Shown: positions 38,832 through 48,102 of the stretch, one piece after another
Layout of the letters: every line of letters begins with the position of its first letter
How positions within the stretch are numbered: the first letter of the stretch is position 1
Origin: Chthoniobacterales bacterium
GTDB taxonomy: Bacteria > Verrucomicrobiota > Verrucomicrobiia > Chthoniobacterales > UBA10450
NCBI GenBank assembly: GCA_038258245.1
Contig: JBBSQB010000008.1
Coordinates: forward strand, 31,405-95,404
Reading direction: 5' to 3'
DNA length: 64,000 nucleotides
Notes under the pieces: generated by a model
Database searches by the model: none
What the model was told of the DNA's origin: nothing
Seen by the model: only the letters and a program-made list of their open reading frames with translations
Made by a program: the position numbers and the translations under genes

Positions 38832-38856
38832 CTCAAGACAAAATATCAATAAATAT

Positions 38857-39609
38857 ATGAAACTGCGTTTCAAACTTCTTCTCGTTGCAGCCCTTGGACT
38901 CGGCGCGAGCGTCCTCGCCACCTCCGGTAATGCCCAAGTCCTGATTTACGACAACACCACGACTTTTTCTGGGTCGGCGTTTTCCAACACCGGTGCGACC
39001 GCTGGGAATGGCAAAAAGACCCTCATGGTGGCGGATGATCTCACCTACAACCCGCTGTTCGCTGCGGCGCCGGTCACGGCTTTCAAGTTTTCGCTGTCCA
39101 ACTTGAATACAGCGGCGTTGGCGCTTTCGCCGACGGTATTATTTTATGATAGCGACGGCACGAATGGAGGTCCGGGAACACTTCTGGCCAGCTTTGCATT
39201 CAACCCGATCACCATCAACGCCAGCTCTGTCAGTGTGGTCTCCTTTACTATAACAGACCCGCTCCAATATTTTCTCCTGCCCACCGATGGCACAATTTGG
39301 GCTGGAATTTTTTACACGGGATCCTCGACCGAAACGGCGGCTCAAACCAATAAGTTTGGCCAGGCTCTCTTTGGTCCTCCGACTGTGGGAAGCAGCCAGG
39401 ACCGACTCTTCCGTTCGACCGCTGTGGGTCCTACGGGCTCAAACCCGGCGGGAACCATTTTCGCGTCGCCATTCAGTGGTGCACCGGTCGCAAGCTTCGG
39501 ATGGCAGCTTTCGACCTCAGTTCCCGAACCGGCCAGCGTCGCTTTGCTCGCGGTGGGCGGCCTCGGGCTTTTGGTCGGCGCGCAACGGCGCCGGCGCAAT
39601 CGGCGCTAA
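38857..39609 (+). CDS. PEP-CTERM sorting-domain protein (exosortase substrate)
   Basis: Signal peptide plus the C-terminal 'VPEPASVALLAVGGLGLLVGAQRRRRNRR' (PEP motif, TM helix, basic tail). Confidence 0.85.
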   Translation: MKLRFKLLLVAALGLGASVLATSGNAQVLIYDNTTTFSGSAFSNTGATAGNGKKTLMVADDLTYNPLFAAAPVTAFKFSLSNLNTAALALSPTVLFYDSDGTNGGPGTLLASFAFNPITINASSVSVVSFTITDPLQYFLLPTDGTIWAGIFYTGSSTETAAQTNKFGQALFGPPTVGSSQDRLFRSTAVGPTGSNPAGTIFASPFSGAPVASFGWQLSTSVPEPASVALLAVGGLGLLVGAQRRRRNRR

Positions 39610-39644
39610 TCGGTTCCTGAACCCGATTCCAAAGCAGTTTTTCG

Positions 39645-39677
39645 AGCGGCGGTCTTCGGACCGCCGCTTTTCTTTTT
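39645..39677 (+). terminator. Rho-independent terminator
   Basis: AGCGGCGGTC-ttcg-GACCGCCGCT, a perfect 10-bp stem followed by TTTCTTTTT. Confidence 0.8.
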
Positions 39678-39706
39678 GGGCGAGAGAGCCTAGAAGAAAG
39701 AACACC

Positions 39707-40252
39707 ATGGAAACGACGAAAGTAGAAGCGCCGGTCGACTTGGAGAAATGGATCGAAGAACGTCGAGACCAGTTCAAACCGCCCGTCAGCAATCAATACC
39801 TCTACGATGGGCGGGATTTTTTCGTGATGGTGATCAAAGGCCCGAATGCGCGAAACGATTTCCATCTCGTCGATTCGGAGGAGTATTTTTACCAACTGAA
39901 AGGCGACATCAAAGTGCGCGTCCGCGAAGGCGATCGCATCATCGATCATCTCGTGCGTGAGGGAGAGACCTTCTTCATTCCGCCGAATGTGCCGCATGCG
40001 CCGGTGCGGCCGCCCGACACGCTCGGCGTGGTAGTGGAACGCCGCCGGCCCGCGGGCGAGCACGAGCACGTGATCTTCTATTGCGAAAACTGCAGCGCGG
40101 TCGTCGAAGACATCGACTTCGATTGCGGCGACATCGTCGAGCATTTCAGCAAGGCGATGGTGGATTTCTGGAACGATGACGAGCGGCGCACCTGCAAAAA
40201 ATGCGGAACGAAAGTGAGTAAGCCGGAACCGGTCAAGCCGTTCAGAAAGTGA
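39707..40252 (+). CDS. nbaC: 3-hydroxyanthranilate 3,4-dioxygenase
   Basis: Start at ATG 39707. Cupin 'FHLVDSEEYFYQLKGD...REGETFFIPPNVPHAP' and a C-terminal Cys4 site 'CENC...CKKC'. Confidence 0.85.
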   Translation: METTKVEAPVDLEKWIEERRDQFKPPVSNQYLYDGRDFFVMVIKGPNARNDFHLVDSEEYFYQLKGDIKVRVREGDRIIDHLVREGETFFIPPNVPHAPVRPPDTLGVVVERRRPAGEHEHVIFYCENCSAVVEDIDFDCGDIVEHFSKAMVDFWNDDERRTCKKCGTKVSKPEPVKPFRK

Positions 40253-40331
40253 TGAGTGACCAGTGACAAGTGATGAGCAGGAGAAACGCCGCGCGGATGC
40301 ACTTTTCACTCATCACTAGTCACTCATCACT
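40248..40331. repeat. Inverted repeat of GTGATGAG/GTGAC units filling the nbaC-ACMSD spacer
   Basis: Left arm 40248-40277 (agtgatgagtgaccagtgacaagtgatgag) is complementary to right arm 40307-40331 (cactcatcactagtcactcatcact). A related unit lies at 55060-55092. Confidence 0.7.
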
Positions 40332-40337
40332 TCTCTT

Positions 40338-41408
40338 ATGATTGACCTGCATACGCATATTCTGCCGCGCGAATGGCCGGACCTGGATGCGAAATACGGC
40401 TACCCGGGATTCATCCGGCTCGAGCATCACAAGCCCTGTTGCGCGCGGATGATGAAGGGCGCGCAATTCTTTCGCGAGATCGGCGATAACACGTGGGATC
40501 CGCGGCGGCGAATTGAGGAATGCGATCGCGCTGGTGTGACGATGCAAGTGCTCTCGACCGTGCCAGTGATGTTCAGCTATTGGGCGAAACCGGCGGACGC
40601 GCTCGATCTTTCCCGCCGCTTGAACGATCACATCGCCGAAGTGGTGCGTGCGCATCCGACGCGTTTCGCGGGCCTCGCGACTATTCCATTGCAAGATGTA
40701 GAGCTGGCTGCGGAAGAGTTGCGTCGCTGCGTGCGCGACCTGGGTTTGCGCGGCGCACAAATCGGCACCCACGTGGACGCCAATTCGCATCTCGCGAGTG
40801 AAACGCGCAATCTCGAAGATCGTTCGTTCGATGTTATCTGGAGCGCAGCGCAGGAACTGGACGCTGCCATCTTCGTCCACCCTTGGGACATGATGGGCCG
40901 GGAGCGGATGCCTAAATACTGGCTGCCGTGGCTGGTCGGGATGCCAGCGGAAACGTCGCTCGCCATTTGTTCCATGATGTTCGGGGGCGTCTTCGATCGT
41001 TTTCCGAAATTGCGCGTCGCCTTCGCGCATGGCGGCGGCGCGTTTCCGGGGACAATTGGCCGCATCGAACATGGCTTTAACGTCCGGCCGGATTTGGTCG
41101 CGGTGGATAGTCAGACCAATCCGCGCCGCTACCTGGCCGACGGAAACAATGGTTCGGCGCGTTTCTATGTTGACTCGTTAGTCCACGATCCTGATGCGCT
41201 GCGTTTGTTGCTCAAGTTTTTCGGCTCTTCGCGCATCGCCCTCGGCTCCGACTATCCCTTTCCGCTGGGCGAACAGCAGCCGGGCTCGCTGATCGTTTCC
41301 ATGCCCGATGTTTCCGCGACCGATAAAGCACAGATGCTCGCGGAAACTTGCCGGGAATTTCTCGGGCTCGCGTCAGCGGATGCCAGGAAGCTGTCCGGAA
41401 GGTCGTAA
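40338..41408 (+). CDS. nbaD: 2-amino-3-carboxymuconate-6-semialdehyde decarboxylase (ACMSD, amidohydrolase_2)
   Basis: 'MIDLHTHILPREWPDL', 'STVPVMFSYWAKP', 'KYWLPWLVGMPAETS' and 'FAHGGGAFP' blocks match ACMSD as I recall it. Confidence 0.8.
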   Translation: MIDLHTHILPREWPDLDAKYGYPGFIRLEHHKPCCARMMKGAQFFREIGDNTWDPRRRIEECDRAGVTMQVLSTVPVMFSYWAKPADALDLSRRLNDHIAEVVRAHPTRFAGLATIPLQDVELAAEELRRCVRDLGLRGAQIGTHVDANSHLASETRNLEDRSFDVIWSAAQELDAAIFVHPWDMMGRERMPKYWLPWLVGMPAETSLAICSMMFGGVFDRFPKLRVAFAHGGGAFPGTIGRIEHGFNVRPDLVAVDSQTNPRRYLADGNNGSARFYVDSLVHDPDALRLLLKFFGSSRIALGSDYPFPLGEQQPGSLIVSMPDVSATDKAQMLAETCREFLGLASADARKLSGRS

Positions 41409-41642
41409 CACAGCCATCCTGGCTGTTCGTCCTGCGGGCATCTTGCCTGCAGATTGGTAACTGCCGGGCTGGCAGCCCGCGCGACCTCACAGGCTGGAAG
41501 CCTGTGTTACGATCGAAGAGCAACGCCCAGACATTCATGCCGCTCATTACATTTTTGTTCGTTAGGGCTCCCTCCGTTGAGATGAAGAGCTCGCGTGGTA
41601 ACTTGCTTCTTCAACAGCAAACAATCTAACGGAAGGATTAAA

Positions 41643-42191
41643 ATGAAGAAGAAATTTGCCATGCTTGTCGCTCTTACTCTCGCCGCTGGCGCGTTCAGCG
41701 TTTCCGCCAAAGAGGAAGCAGCGGCCAGCAAGCCCGATCATCAGAAAATGATGAAACACGTGGAAAAGATCAACGGCCAGGTCGCCAAAGTGGAGGGAAA
41801 CATTTCCTCGCTCACGCGCAAGGAAGTGATGTTAAAGCCCGATTCGCTCAAAGGTGTGACCGACGAAAAGTGGTCGAAACTCCACGCCTATTCGGATAAG
41901 GGCGGCACGATCCGTCGGCTGCGCGTTTACCCGATGAAGGGATCGGAGAAGACCGAGGAGTTTTATTACAACAAGGGCAACCTCATGTTCGTGTTCCTCG
42001 AGAAGAATGGCGCGGATAAGGAAGGCCACGATGCCAACGCGAAAGGTACCAAGTATTATTTCGACAAGAGCGGCCTCTTTGCCGTGATCGAGCCGGATGG
42101 ATCGATGATGCACGACATGGACGCGAAAACGAAGGTGATGGGCGAGAAGTTGCAACGCGAATCCAAAGCGCTGCGCGACGCCGCCAAGTAA
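41643..42191 (+). CDS. Hypothetical secreted protein
   Basis: Start at ATG 41643 with a signal peptide (MKKKFAMLVALTLAAGAFSVSA). Lys/Glu-rich. No family recognised. Confidence 0.5.
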   Translation: MKKKFAMLVALTLAAGAFSVSAKEEAAASKPDHQKMMKHVEKINGQVAKVEGNISSLTRKEVMLKPDSLKGVTDEKWSKLHAYSDKGGTIRRLRVYPMKGSEKTEEFYYNKGNLMFVFLEKNGADKEGHDANAKGTKYYFDKSGLFAVIEPDGSMMHDMDAKTKVMGEKLQRESKALRDAAK

Positions 42192-42198
42192 TCTCCTC

Positions 42199-43329
42199 TC
42201 AACTCGAGCGGCGAAGGTATTCCCGATCCCACGCGGCGGGAATACTTTCGCGCGCTGAGTAAGGACCGGGCCGATAAGCGCGCGACCCAATCCCTTGCTG
42301 GCTCAATTCGCAAACGTGCCAGTCCTGTTTGTTCGTCACGTCCCAGAACTCGATCGCGTCTTCCGGATTGTAGCCGGGGTCGCTGACCCTGGCCGCTTCG
42401 GGATGAAACAGCCAATCGCAAACGACGAGTGATCGCCCCGCTGATTGCGGCCAGATCTGATGCACCATCACGTAATCAGGATGCAGGCTGAGCAGCATGT
42501 TCGGGAAGATCGAGTAATAGAAAACGCGCGCATGATCCTCGGCTGCAATATCGCCGACCGGGCGCGCGCACGCGTTGCCACTCATGGTGAGCGACGCGCC
42601 CTTCGCGATTTTCATGAAGCCGCCGAGGAACGGTCCCTCGCAGAGGTCGTTCTCCGCCGAATCGGAAGGCGAAACCTGCGAGAGCATCGGATGCACGCCC
42701 GGGCAGTGATAGCACTCGGAGTAATTTTGGAAGATCAGCTTCCAGTTCGCCGCCACGTCGTAAACGATGCGCCGCGCCGAACGCAGCTGCGGAAGATTCC
42801 AATGGCTGAATTTCCCCAGAAGCGGCGCGAAGACTTCGGCGAGCGGCGTCGCGTGTTCGTCTAGATTCACGAAGAGAAAGCCTTCCCAAGTTTCGAGCCG
42901 CGCTTCGCCTAACGAATACCCCGCGACGTCGAATCCTTTGACTTCCTGCATGTGCGGCGCGCCGGTCAATCGGCCATCGAGCGCATAGGTCCAGGCGTGA
43001 TAAGGGCATTGAATGACGCGCTGCCGGCCGCTCGCTTTCTCGCACAGGCGGCTGCCGCGGTGGCGGCAAACATTATAGAAAGCGTGCGCCGCGCCCTGCT
43101 GATCGCGCGTGATGATGAGGCTCTCCCCCGCCACTTTTTGGAGAAAATAATCACCGGCCGCCGCGAGCTGGTTTGCGTGACCAACGAGCAGCCAGTTGCG
43201 CGCGAAAATCTTCTTTTGCTCCTCGGTGAAAACATCGGGCGACACGAAATGCCGCTGAGGCAGCGTCATCGCGCCGGGCGCAAATGTCTCGGTCGTCTTG
43301 CGGAAAGAAGTGGCGGCATTCGTCGACAT
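42199..43329 (-). CDS. Rieske [2Fe-2S] aromatic-ring-hydroxylating oxygenase, alpha subunit
   Basis: Rieske motif 'CRHRGSRLC...CPYHAWTY'. Start placed at ATG 43329. Confidence 0.8.
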   Translation of the reverse strand: MSTNAATSFRKTTETFAPGAMTLPQRHFVSPDVFTEEQKKIFARNWLLVGHANQLAAAGDYFLQKVAGESLIITRDQQGAAHAFYNVCRHRGSRLCEKASGRQRVIQCPYHAWTYALDGRLTGAPHMQEVKGFDVAGYSLGEARLETWEGFLFVNLDEHATPLAEVFAPLLGKFSHWNLPQLRSARRIVYDVAANWKLIFQNYSECYHCPGVHPMLSQVSPSDSAENDLCEGPFLGGFMKIAKGASLTMSGNACARPVGDIAAEDHARVFYYSIFPNMLLSLHPDYVMVHQIWPQSAGRSLVVCDWLFHPEAARVSDPGYNPEDAIEFWDVTNKQDWHVCELSQQGIGSRAYRPGPYSARESIPAAWDREYLRRSS

Positions 43330-43437
43330 GCGTTCAGAAGCTACTGCAATTTTTATGGCAGAGGAACCAGCCGCAGTCAGCAACGCAATTTCAGTTGAGT
43401 TCCACGCAACACTGCCCATTTTTTCCTGGGCGCAACC

Positions 43438-44136
43438 GTGACTCAATCCGACAACGAACTGCAGATTGCGGAATTCACTTCCTTCGAGGACGAGAAGTTC
43501 GATCGAATTTATCCGGCGAAATTCCGGCGGCTTTCGTCGCTCCACTGGACGCAGGTGGGAGTCGCGGCCGCGGCGGCCGAACTTCTCGTTACCGCGTCCG
43601 GCACGAGAGTGTTCGATGTCGGTTGCGGCTGCGGCAAATTTCTACTCGTCGCGGCCTCATCGAGCGCCGGACATTTCACTGGGGTGGAGCAGCGCGCCGA
43701 TCTCGCCGCCGCCGCGCGCGCCGCGGCCAAACGATTGCATCTCGCCAATGTCGACATCCGGCACGGCAACATTCTCGACATCGCGTTCGCCGAATTCGAC
43801 GCGTTTTACATCTTCAATCCGTTCGAGGAAAACATGGCGCACGGCCACCGGATCGACGCGTCGGTGCAACTCTCGGCCCGGCTCTTCAAGCAATACACCA
43901 ACTACGTCGCGTCCCAGCTCGGCGCGATGCCGCTGGGCACGCGCGTCGTCACTTACGCCGGTTACGCGGATGAAATTCCATCGTGCTACACCTGCGAGAT
44001 GGCGCTCTTTCACGACGACCTGAAGCTGTGGGTCAAACACCGCGAGTTTGAACCCGATATCGAACGTCTCGGGTTGGGCGTGAGCCGCAGTTATCGCGGT
44101 GGCATCGGCTGGGTCGACCCGCGACCCGTTCGTTAG
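43438..44136 (+). CDS. Class I SAM-dependent methyltransferase
   Basis: GTG start. 'VFDVGCGCGKFLL' motif I. Confidence 0.65.
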   Translation: MTQSDNELQIAEFTSFEDEKFDRIYPAKFRRLSSLHWTQVGVAAAAAELLVTASGTRVFDVGCGCGKFLLVAASSSAGHFTGVEQRADLAAAARAAAKRLHLANVDIRHGNILDIAFAEFDAFYIFNPFEENMAHGHRIDASVQLSARLFKQYTNYVASQLGAMPLGTRVVTYAGYADEIPSCYTCEMALFHDDLKLWVKHREFEPDIERLGLGVSRSYRGGIGWVDPRPVR

Positions 44137-44281
44137 GCGAAATCATCGCGTAAACAACCGCAGCCAACTTTCCTTCCAACGCGAGATTCCCCTTTCCTGA
44201 CAAGCTCCGCGCCGTCGCCCATTTTTCCCGCGCGCACACTATTAAGTTGATCTCCACGCATACACCGATTTTCAATCAGCC

Positions 44282-45397
44282 ATGAGCTCGGTCAGACTTT
44301 TGGTGGGAACCCGTAAAGGTGCGTTCGTCATTACTTCAGATGGCAAACGCGAGAACTGGAAAATCGATGGGCCGCACTTTGCCGGCTGGGAAATTTATCA
44401 CGTCAAAGGTTCGCCCGTTGATCCGAATCGCATCTACGCTTCGCAAACGAGCGGGTGGTTTGGCCAGCAGATGCAGCGCTCCGATGATGGCGGCACTACG
44501 TGGACGGCCATCGGGAATGAGTTCGCTTACGTCGGAACGCCAGGCACCCATCAGTGGTACGACGGCACGCAGCACCCGTGGGAATTCAAGCGCGTCTGGC
44601 ATCTCGAACCGTCGCTCAGCGATCCCGATGTCGTTTACGCGGGCGCGGAGGACGCCGCGCTTTTCCGCACGGCCGACGGCGGGAAATCGTGGCAGGAATT
44701 GCCTGCGCTCCGCGAAGCGAAAGGCAAGCTCTGGCAACCTGGCGCCGGCGGCATGTGCCTCCACACCATTCTTATCGATCCGACGAATGCGGATCGTCTC
44801 TTCGTCGCCATCTCGGCCGCGGGCGCCTTTCGCACCGACGACGGCGGCAAAAGCTGGACGCCAATTAATCGCGGGCTCAAATCACCTTACGAGCTGCCCG
44901 ATCCGGATGCCGAGGTCGGGCATTGCGTGCATCGGCTCGCGCTGCATCCGTCGCGGCCCGGCGTCCTCTTCATGCAGAAACATTGGGACGTCATGCGCAG
45001 CGATAACGCCGGCGAACTCTGGCACGAAGTAAGCGGCAACCTGCCGAGCGATTTCGGTTTCCCGATCGACGTCCACGCGCACGAACCGGAGACCATTTAC
45101 GTCGTCCCGATCAAGAGCGACTCCGAACATTTTCCGCCTGATGGCAAATTGCGCGTCTATCGCAGCCGCACCGGCGGCAACGAGTGGGAAGCCCTAACGA
45201 ATGGTCTGCCGCAACAAGATTGCTACGTCAACGTCCTGCGCGACGCCATGTGCGTCGATGCGCTCGACCAATGCGGCATCTACTTCGGCACGACTGGCGG
45301 CCAGGTTTACGCGTCGCCCGATGCCGGCGATACCTGGCAGGCGGTCGCGCGCGATTTGCCAGCCGTGCTTTCGGTCGAAGTGCAAACGCTGCCATGA
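44282..45397 (+). CDS. BNR/Asp-box repeat beta-propeller protein (sialidase-fold, function unknown)
   Basis: Four Asp-boxes: [24 protein letters not shown] and SPDAGDTW. Confidence 0.7.
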   Translation: MSSVRLLVGTRKGAFVITSDGKRENWKIDGPHFAGWEIYHVKGSPVDPNRIYASQTSGWFGQQMQRSDDGGTTWTAIGNEFAYVGTPGTHQWYDGTQHPWEFKRVWHLEPSLSDPDVVYAGAEDAALFRTADGGKSWQELPALREAKGKLWQPGAGGMCLHTILIDPTNADRLFVAISAAGAFRTDDGGKSWTPINRGLKSPYELPDPDAEVGHCVHRLALHPSRPGVLFMQKHWDVMRSDNAGELWHEVSGNLPSDFGFPIDVHAHEPETIYVVPIKSDSEHFPPDGKLRVYRSRTGGNEWEALTNGLPQQDCYVNVLRDAMCVDALDQCGIYFGTTGGQVYASPDAGDTWQAVARDLPAVLSVEVQTLP

Positions 45398-45690
45398 TCC
45401 GCGTCGTGCTCCCCCATCATTTGCGGAACCTCGCGAAAGTCGGCGACGAAGTGCACCTCGAAGTCGCGGCCCCGATCACGCAACGCGCCGTACTCGACGC
45501 GCTCGAAACGCGCCATCCGGTTTTGCGCGGCACCATTCGCGATCACGGCACGCTCAAGCGCCGCGCCTTCGTCCGCTTCTTCGCCTGCAACGAAGACCTC
45601 TCCCACGAATCGCCCGATGCTCCCCTGCCCGACGCCGTCGTTTCCGGAGCGGAACCGTTCTTCGTTGTCGGCGCCATGGCTGGCGGATAA
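45394..45690 (+). CDS. MoaD/ThiS-family ubiquitin-like small protein
   Basis: 98 aa ending in '...VVGAMAGG' (C-terminal Gly-Gly). ATGA overlap with the propeller gene stop. Confidence 0.65.
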   Translation: MIRVVLPHHLRNLAKVGDEVHLEVAAPITQRAVLDALETRHPVLRGTIRDHGTLKRRAFVRFFACNEDLSHESPDAPLPDAVVSGAEPFFVVGAMAGG

Positions 45691-45702
45691 TCTCCAGCCG
45701 CT

Positions 45703-46290
45703 ATGATCAAAGGCAGCACCATCCGAAAATCCGACCACCCGATCGAACCGTTGTTGCTCGATCGCTGGTCGCCCCGCGCCATGTCGGGCGAATCGATTGC
45801 TGAAGAGGAATTGATGTCGCTCTTCGAAGCCGCGCGCTGGGCGCCGTCGTCCTTCAACGCCCAGCAATGGCGCGCCCTTTATGCACGCCGCGAAAGCGAG
45901 CATTGGCCGCTCTTCGTTGGACTACTCGGCGAAGGCAATCGCGCCTGGGCACAACATGCCGCCGTGCTCGTCCTCTTCATTTCGCGCACCACCTTCGAGC
46001 ATAACGAGAAGCCGTCCGTCTCGCATTCCTACGACACCGGCGCTGCCTGGCAGAACTTCGCACTGCAAGGCTTCCACCAAGGGTTCGTCGTCCACGGCAT
46101 GGAAGGGTTCGATTACGATCGCGCCCGCTCGGAGTTGAAAATTCCCGAGCTTTTCCGCGTTGAAGCCATGGCCGCCGTCGGCCGCCCCGGCAACAAAGAG
46201 ACGCTGCCCGAGAAGCTGCAGTCGCGTGAATCGCCTAACGACCGCCGTCCCCTCACCGACAGCATTCGCGAAGGTCCATTCAGCTTTTAG
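45703..46290 (+). CDS. Nitroreductase family protein
   Basis: 'RWSPRAM...LFEAARWAPSSFNAQQW' nitroreductase N-terminal pattern. 195 aa. Confidence 0.75.
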   Translation: MIKGSTIRKSDHPIEPLLLDRWSPRAMSGESIAEEELMSLFEAARWAPSSFNAQQWRALYARRESEHWPLFVGLLGEGNRAWAQHAAVLVLFISRTTFEHNEKPSVSHSYDTGAAWQNFALQGFHQGFVVHGMEGFDYDRARSELKIPELFRVEAMAAVGRPGNKETLPEKLQSRESPNDRRPLTDSIREGPFSF

Positions 46291-46402
46291 CAACGCGCGC
46301 CTCGTGGACGCGCGCCCCATTCGGCGTTAGCTATTTCTCCTGCGAGCCCCACCCAAAAATCTGAAGGACGAACGCCAGCTCATCCATCGCATCCCGGCGC
46401 TT

Positions 46403-47089
46403 GTGCGTATCGCGCATTGGCTGGTCGCGCTGGCCTTGTTCATCCTCGTCCTCAGCGGCCTGCAGATTTTCAACGCGCATCCCGCTCTTTATTGGGGCAG
46501 CGCCTCCACCTTCGACCGGCCGTTTCTCACCATCGGTCCCTTTCCGCACTGGCTTACTTTGCCATCGTATCAAGACCTCGCCGGTGGCCGCCGCTGGCAT
46601 TTCTTCTTCACCTGGCTCCTTCTTCTCGGCCTCGGTCTTTACTTCCTCGCCAATGCCATTCGCAAACGGCTAAAGCGTGACCTTCTCCCGACCGGCCGCC
46701 AACTCCGCGGCATTGGAAGTTCTATTGCCGAACATCTCAAGCTTCGCTTTCCCCACGGCGAAGAAGCGCGCCATTACAACATCCTGCAAAAACTCTCCTA
46801 CCTCGGCGTCATGTTCGGGCTCATCCCGCTCGTCATCCTCACCGGCCTCGCCCTCGCGCCCGCAATCGACGCCGCAGTGCCCTGGCTGCTGATCCTCTTT
46901 GGCGGCCGCCAATCCGCGCGTACGCTCCACTTCATCGGCACCGTCCTGCTCGTCTCGTTTTTTTTCGTCCACATCCTCATGGTTGTCGCCGCCGGGCCGA
47001 TCAACGAAATGCGCTCCATTATCACCGGCTGGTTCGTTATTCGTTCCGCGCCTAACGAGCCATCAAAAACGGAGGAACCTTCCTCATGA
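46403..47089 (+). CDS. Membrane di-haem cytochrome b family protein (partner of the Mo-oxidoreductase)
   Basis: GTG start. 'RIAHWLVALALFILVLSGLQIF' and later His-containing TM helices. Confidence 0.65.
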   Translation: MRIAHWLVALALFILVLSGLQIFNAHPALYWGSASTFDRPFLTIGPFPHWLTLPSYQDLAGGRRWHFFFTWLLLLGLGLYFLANAIRKRLKRDLLPTGRQLRGIGSSIAEHLKLRFPHGEEARHYNILQKLSYLGVMFGLIPLVILTGLALAPAIDAAVPWLLILFGGRQSARTLHFIGTVLLVSFFFVHILMVVAAGPINEMRSIITGWFVIRSAPNEPSKTEEPSS

Positions 47090-47856
47090 GCTCGATCAAT
47101 CGCCGCACCTTCGTCCGCGCCGCCGCTGCGGCTGCGACCGGCGTCTGTCTCTCCGCCTGTAATCGCCTGACCAATTCTCCCGCCGTCGGCAACATCCTGG
47201 ACAGCGCCGAATCGTTAAACCTCCGCCTCCGCAAAGCGTTTTTTCGCAAAGCGCTCGCGCGCGAATTTCCAGCCAGCGCCATCTCGCCAAAGTTCCGCGC
47301 CAACGGCAGCACCAACCCGGACAGCGCCGCCTATCGCCAGCTCGCCGCCAACAACTTCGCCGATTACCGGCTCCAGATTGGCGGTCTCGTCGAGCAACCC
47401 TTGCAACTCTCGCTCGACGAATTGCGCGCCACGCCCGGCCGCACTCAGATCACGCGACATGATTGCGTCGAAGGCTGGAGCTGCATCGGGAAATGGCACG
47501 GCGCGCTGCTCGGCCCACTCCTCGATCGCGCCCGGCTCAAACCAGACGCCCGTTACCTCGCTTTCATCTGCGCCGATTCCCTCGGCCGCTCGCTCGATGG
47601 CAGCACCGACTACTACGAAACGATCGATCGGGACGACGCCTATCACGCGCAAACCATTCTCGCCTACGAAATGAACGACCAGGTCCTGCCCATCGCCCAC
47701 GGGGCGCCGTTACGGCTTCGTCTCGAACGCCAGCTCGGCTACAAGATGGCCAAGTACATCATGCGCATCGAAGCCGTCGAAAGCTTCGCTCATCTCGGCG
47801 CAGGTCGTGGCGGTTACTGGGAAGATCGCGGCTACGCCTGGTACGCCGGCATCTAG
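47086..47856 (+). CDS. Molybdopterin-dependent oxidoreductase (sulfite-oxidase/YedY fold), Tat-exported
   Basis: Twin-arginine signal 'INRRTFVRAAAAAATGVCLSAC'. 'HDCVEGWS' block. ATGA overlap with the cytochrome b gene. Confidence 0.75.
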   Translation: MSSINRRTFVRAAAAAATGVCLSACNRLTNSPAVGNILDSAESLNLRLRKAFFRKALAREFPASAISPKFRANGSTNPDSAAYRQLAANNFADYRLQIGGLVEQPLQLSLDELRATPGRTQITRHDCVEGWSCIGKWHGALLGPLLDRARLKPDARYLAFICADSLGRSLDGSTDYYETIDRDDAYHAQTILAYEMNDQVLPIAHGAPLRLRLERQLGYKMAKYIMRIEAVESFAHLGAGRGGYWEDRGYAWYAGI

Positions 47857-47891
47857 TTGCTTGTAGGGCGTTTCTGCGAAACGCCTTCCTA

Positions 47892-47984
47892 GAGGGACGA
47901 CCGCCGTGTCGTCCCCTTTGAACAGGGACGGGACAGCGCCCGTCCCTCCACTCAAATCAGCGGCCCGAGCGGACGCAACAAACT
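47892..47984. repeat. Direct repeat copy A (two GC hairpins plus a copy of the last ~36 nt of cls)
   Basis: Hand alignment to 49529-49621 gives about 80/93 identical positions. Confidence 0.8.
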
Positions 47985-48102
47985 CTTGGCGTTCCCGCTC
48001 AAGCCAAAAGGCAGCGCCGATCAGAGTTACACCGTTCAGCGCACAATGCGCGTACGGGGATGCGCTCCGGAGTGAGCTGCTGCCGGTTTTATGGACGCGG
48101 AG

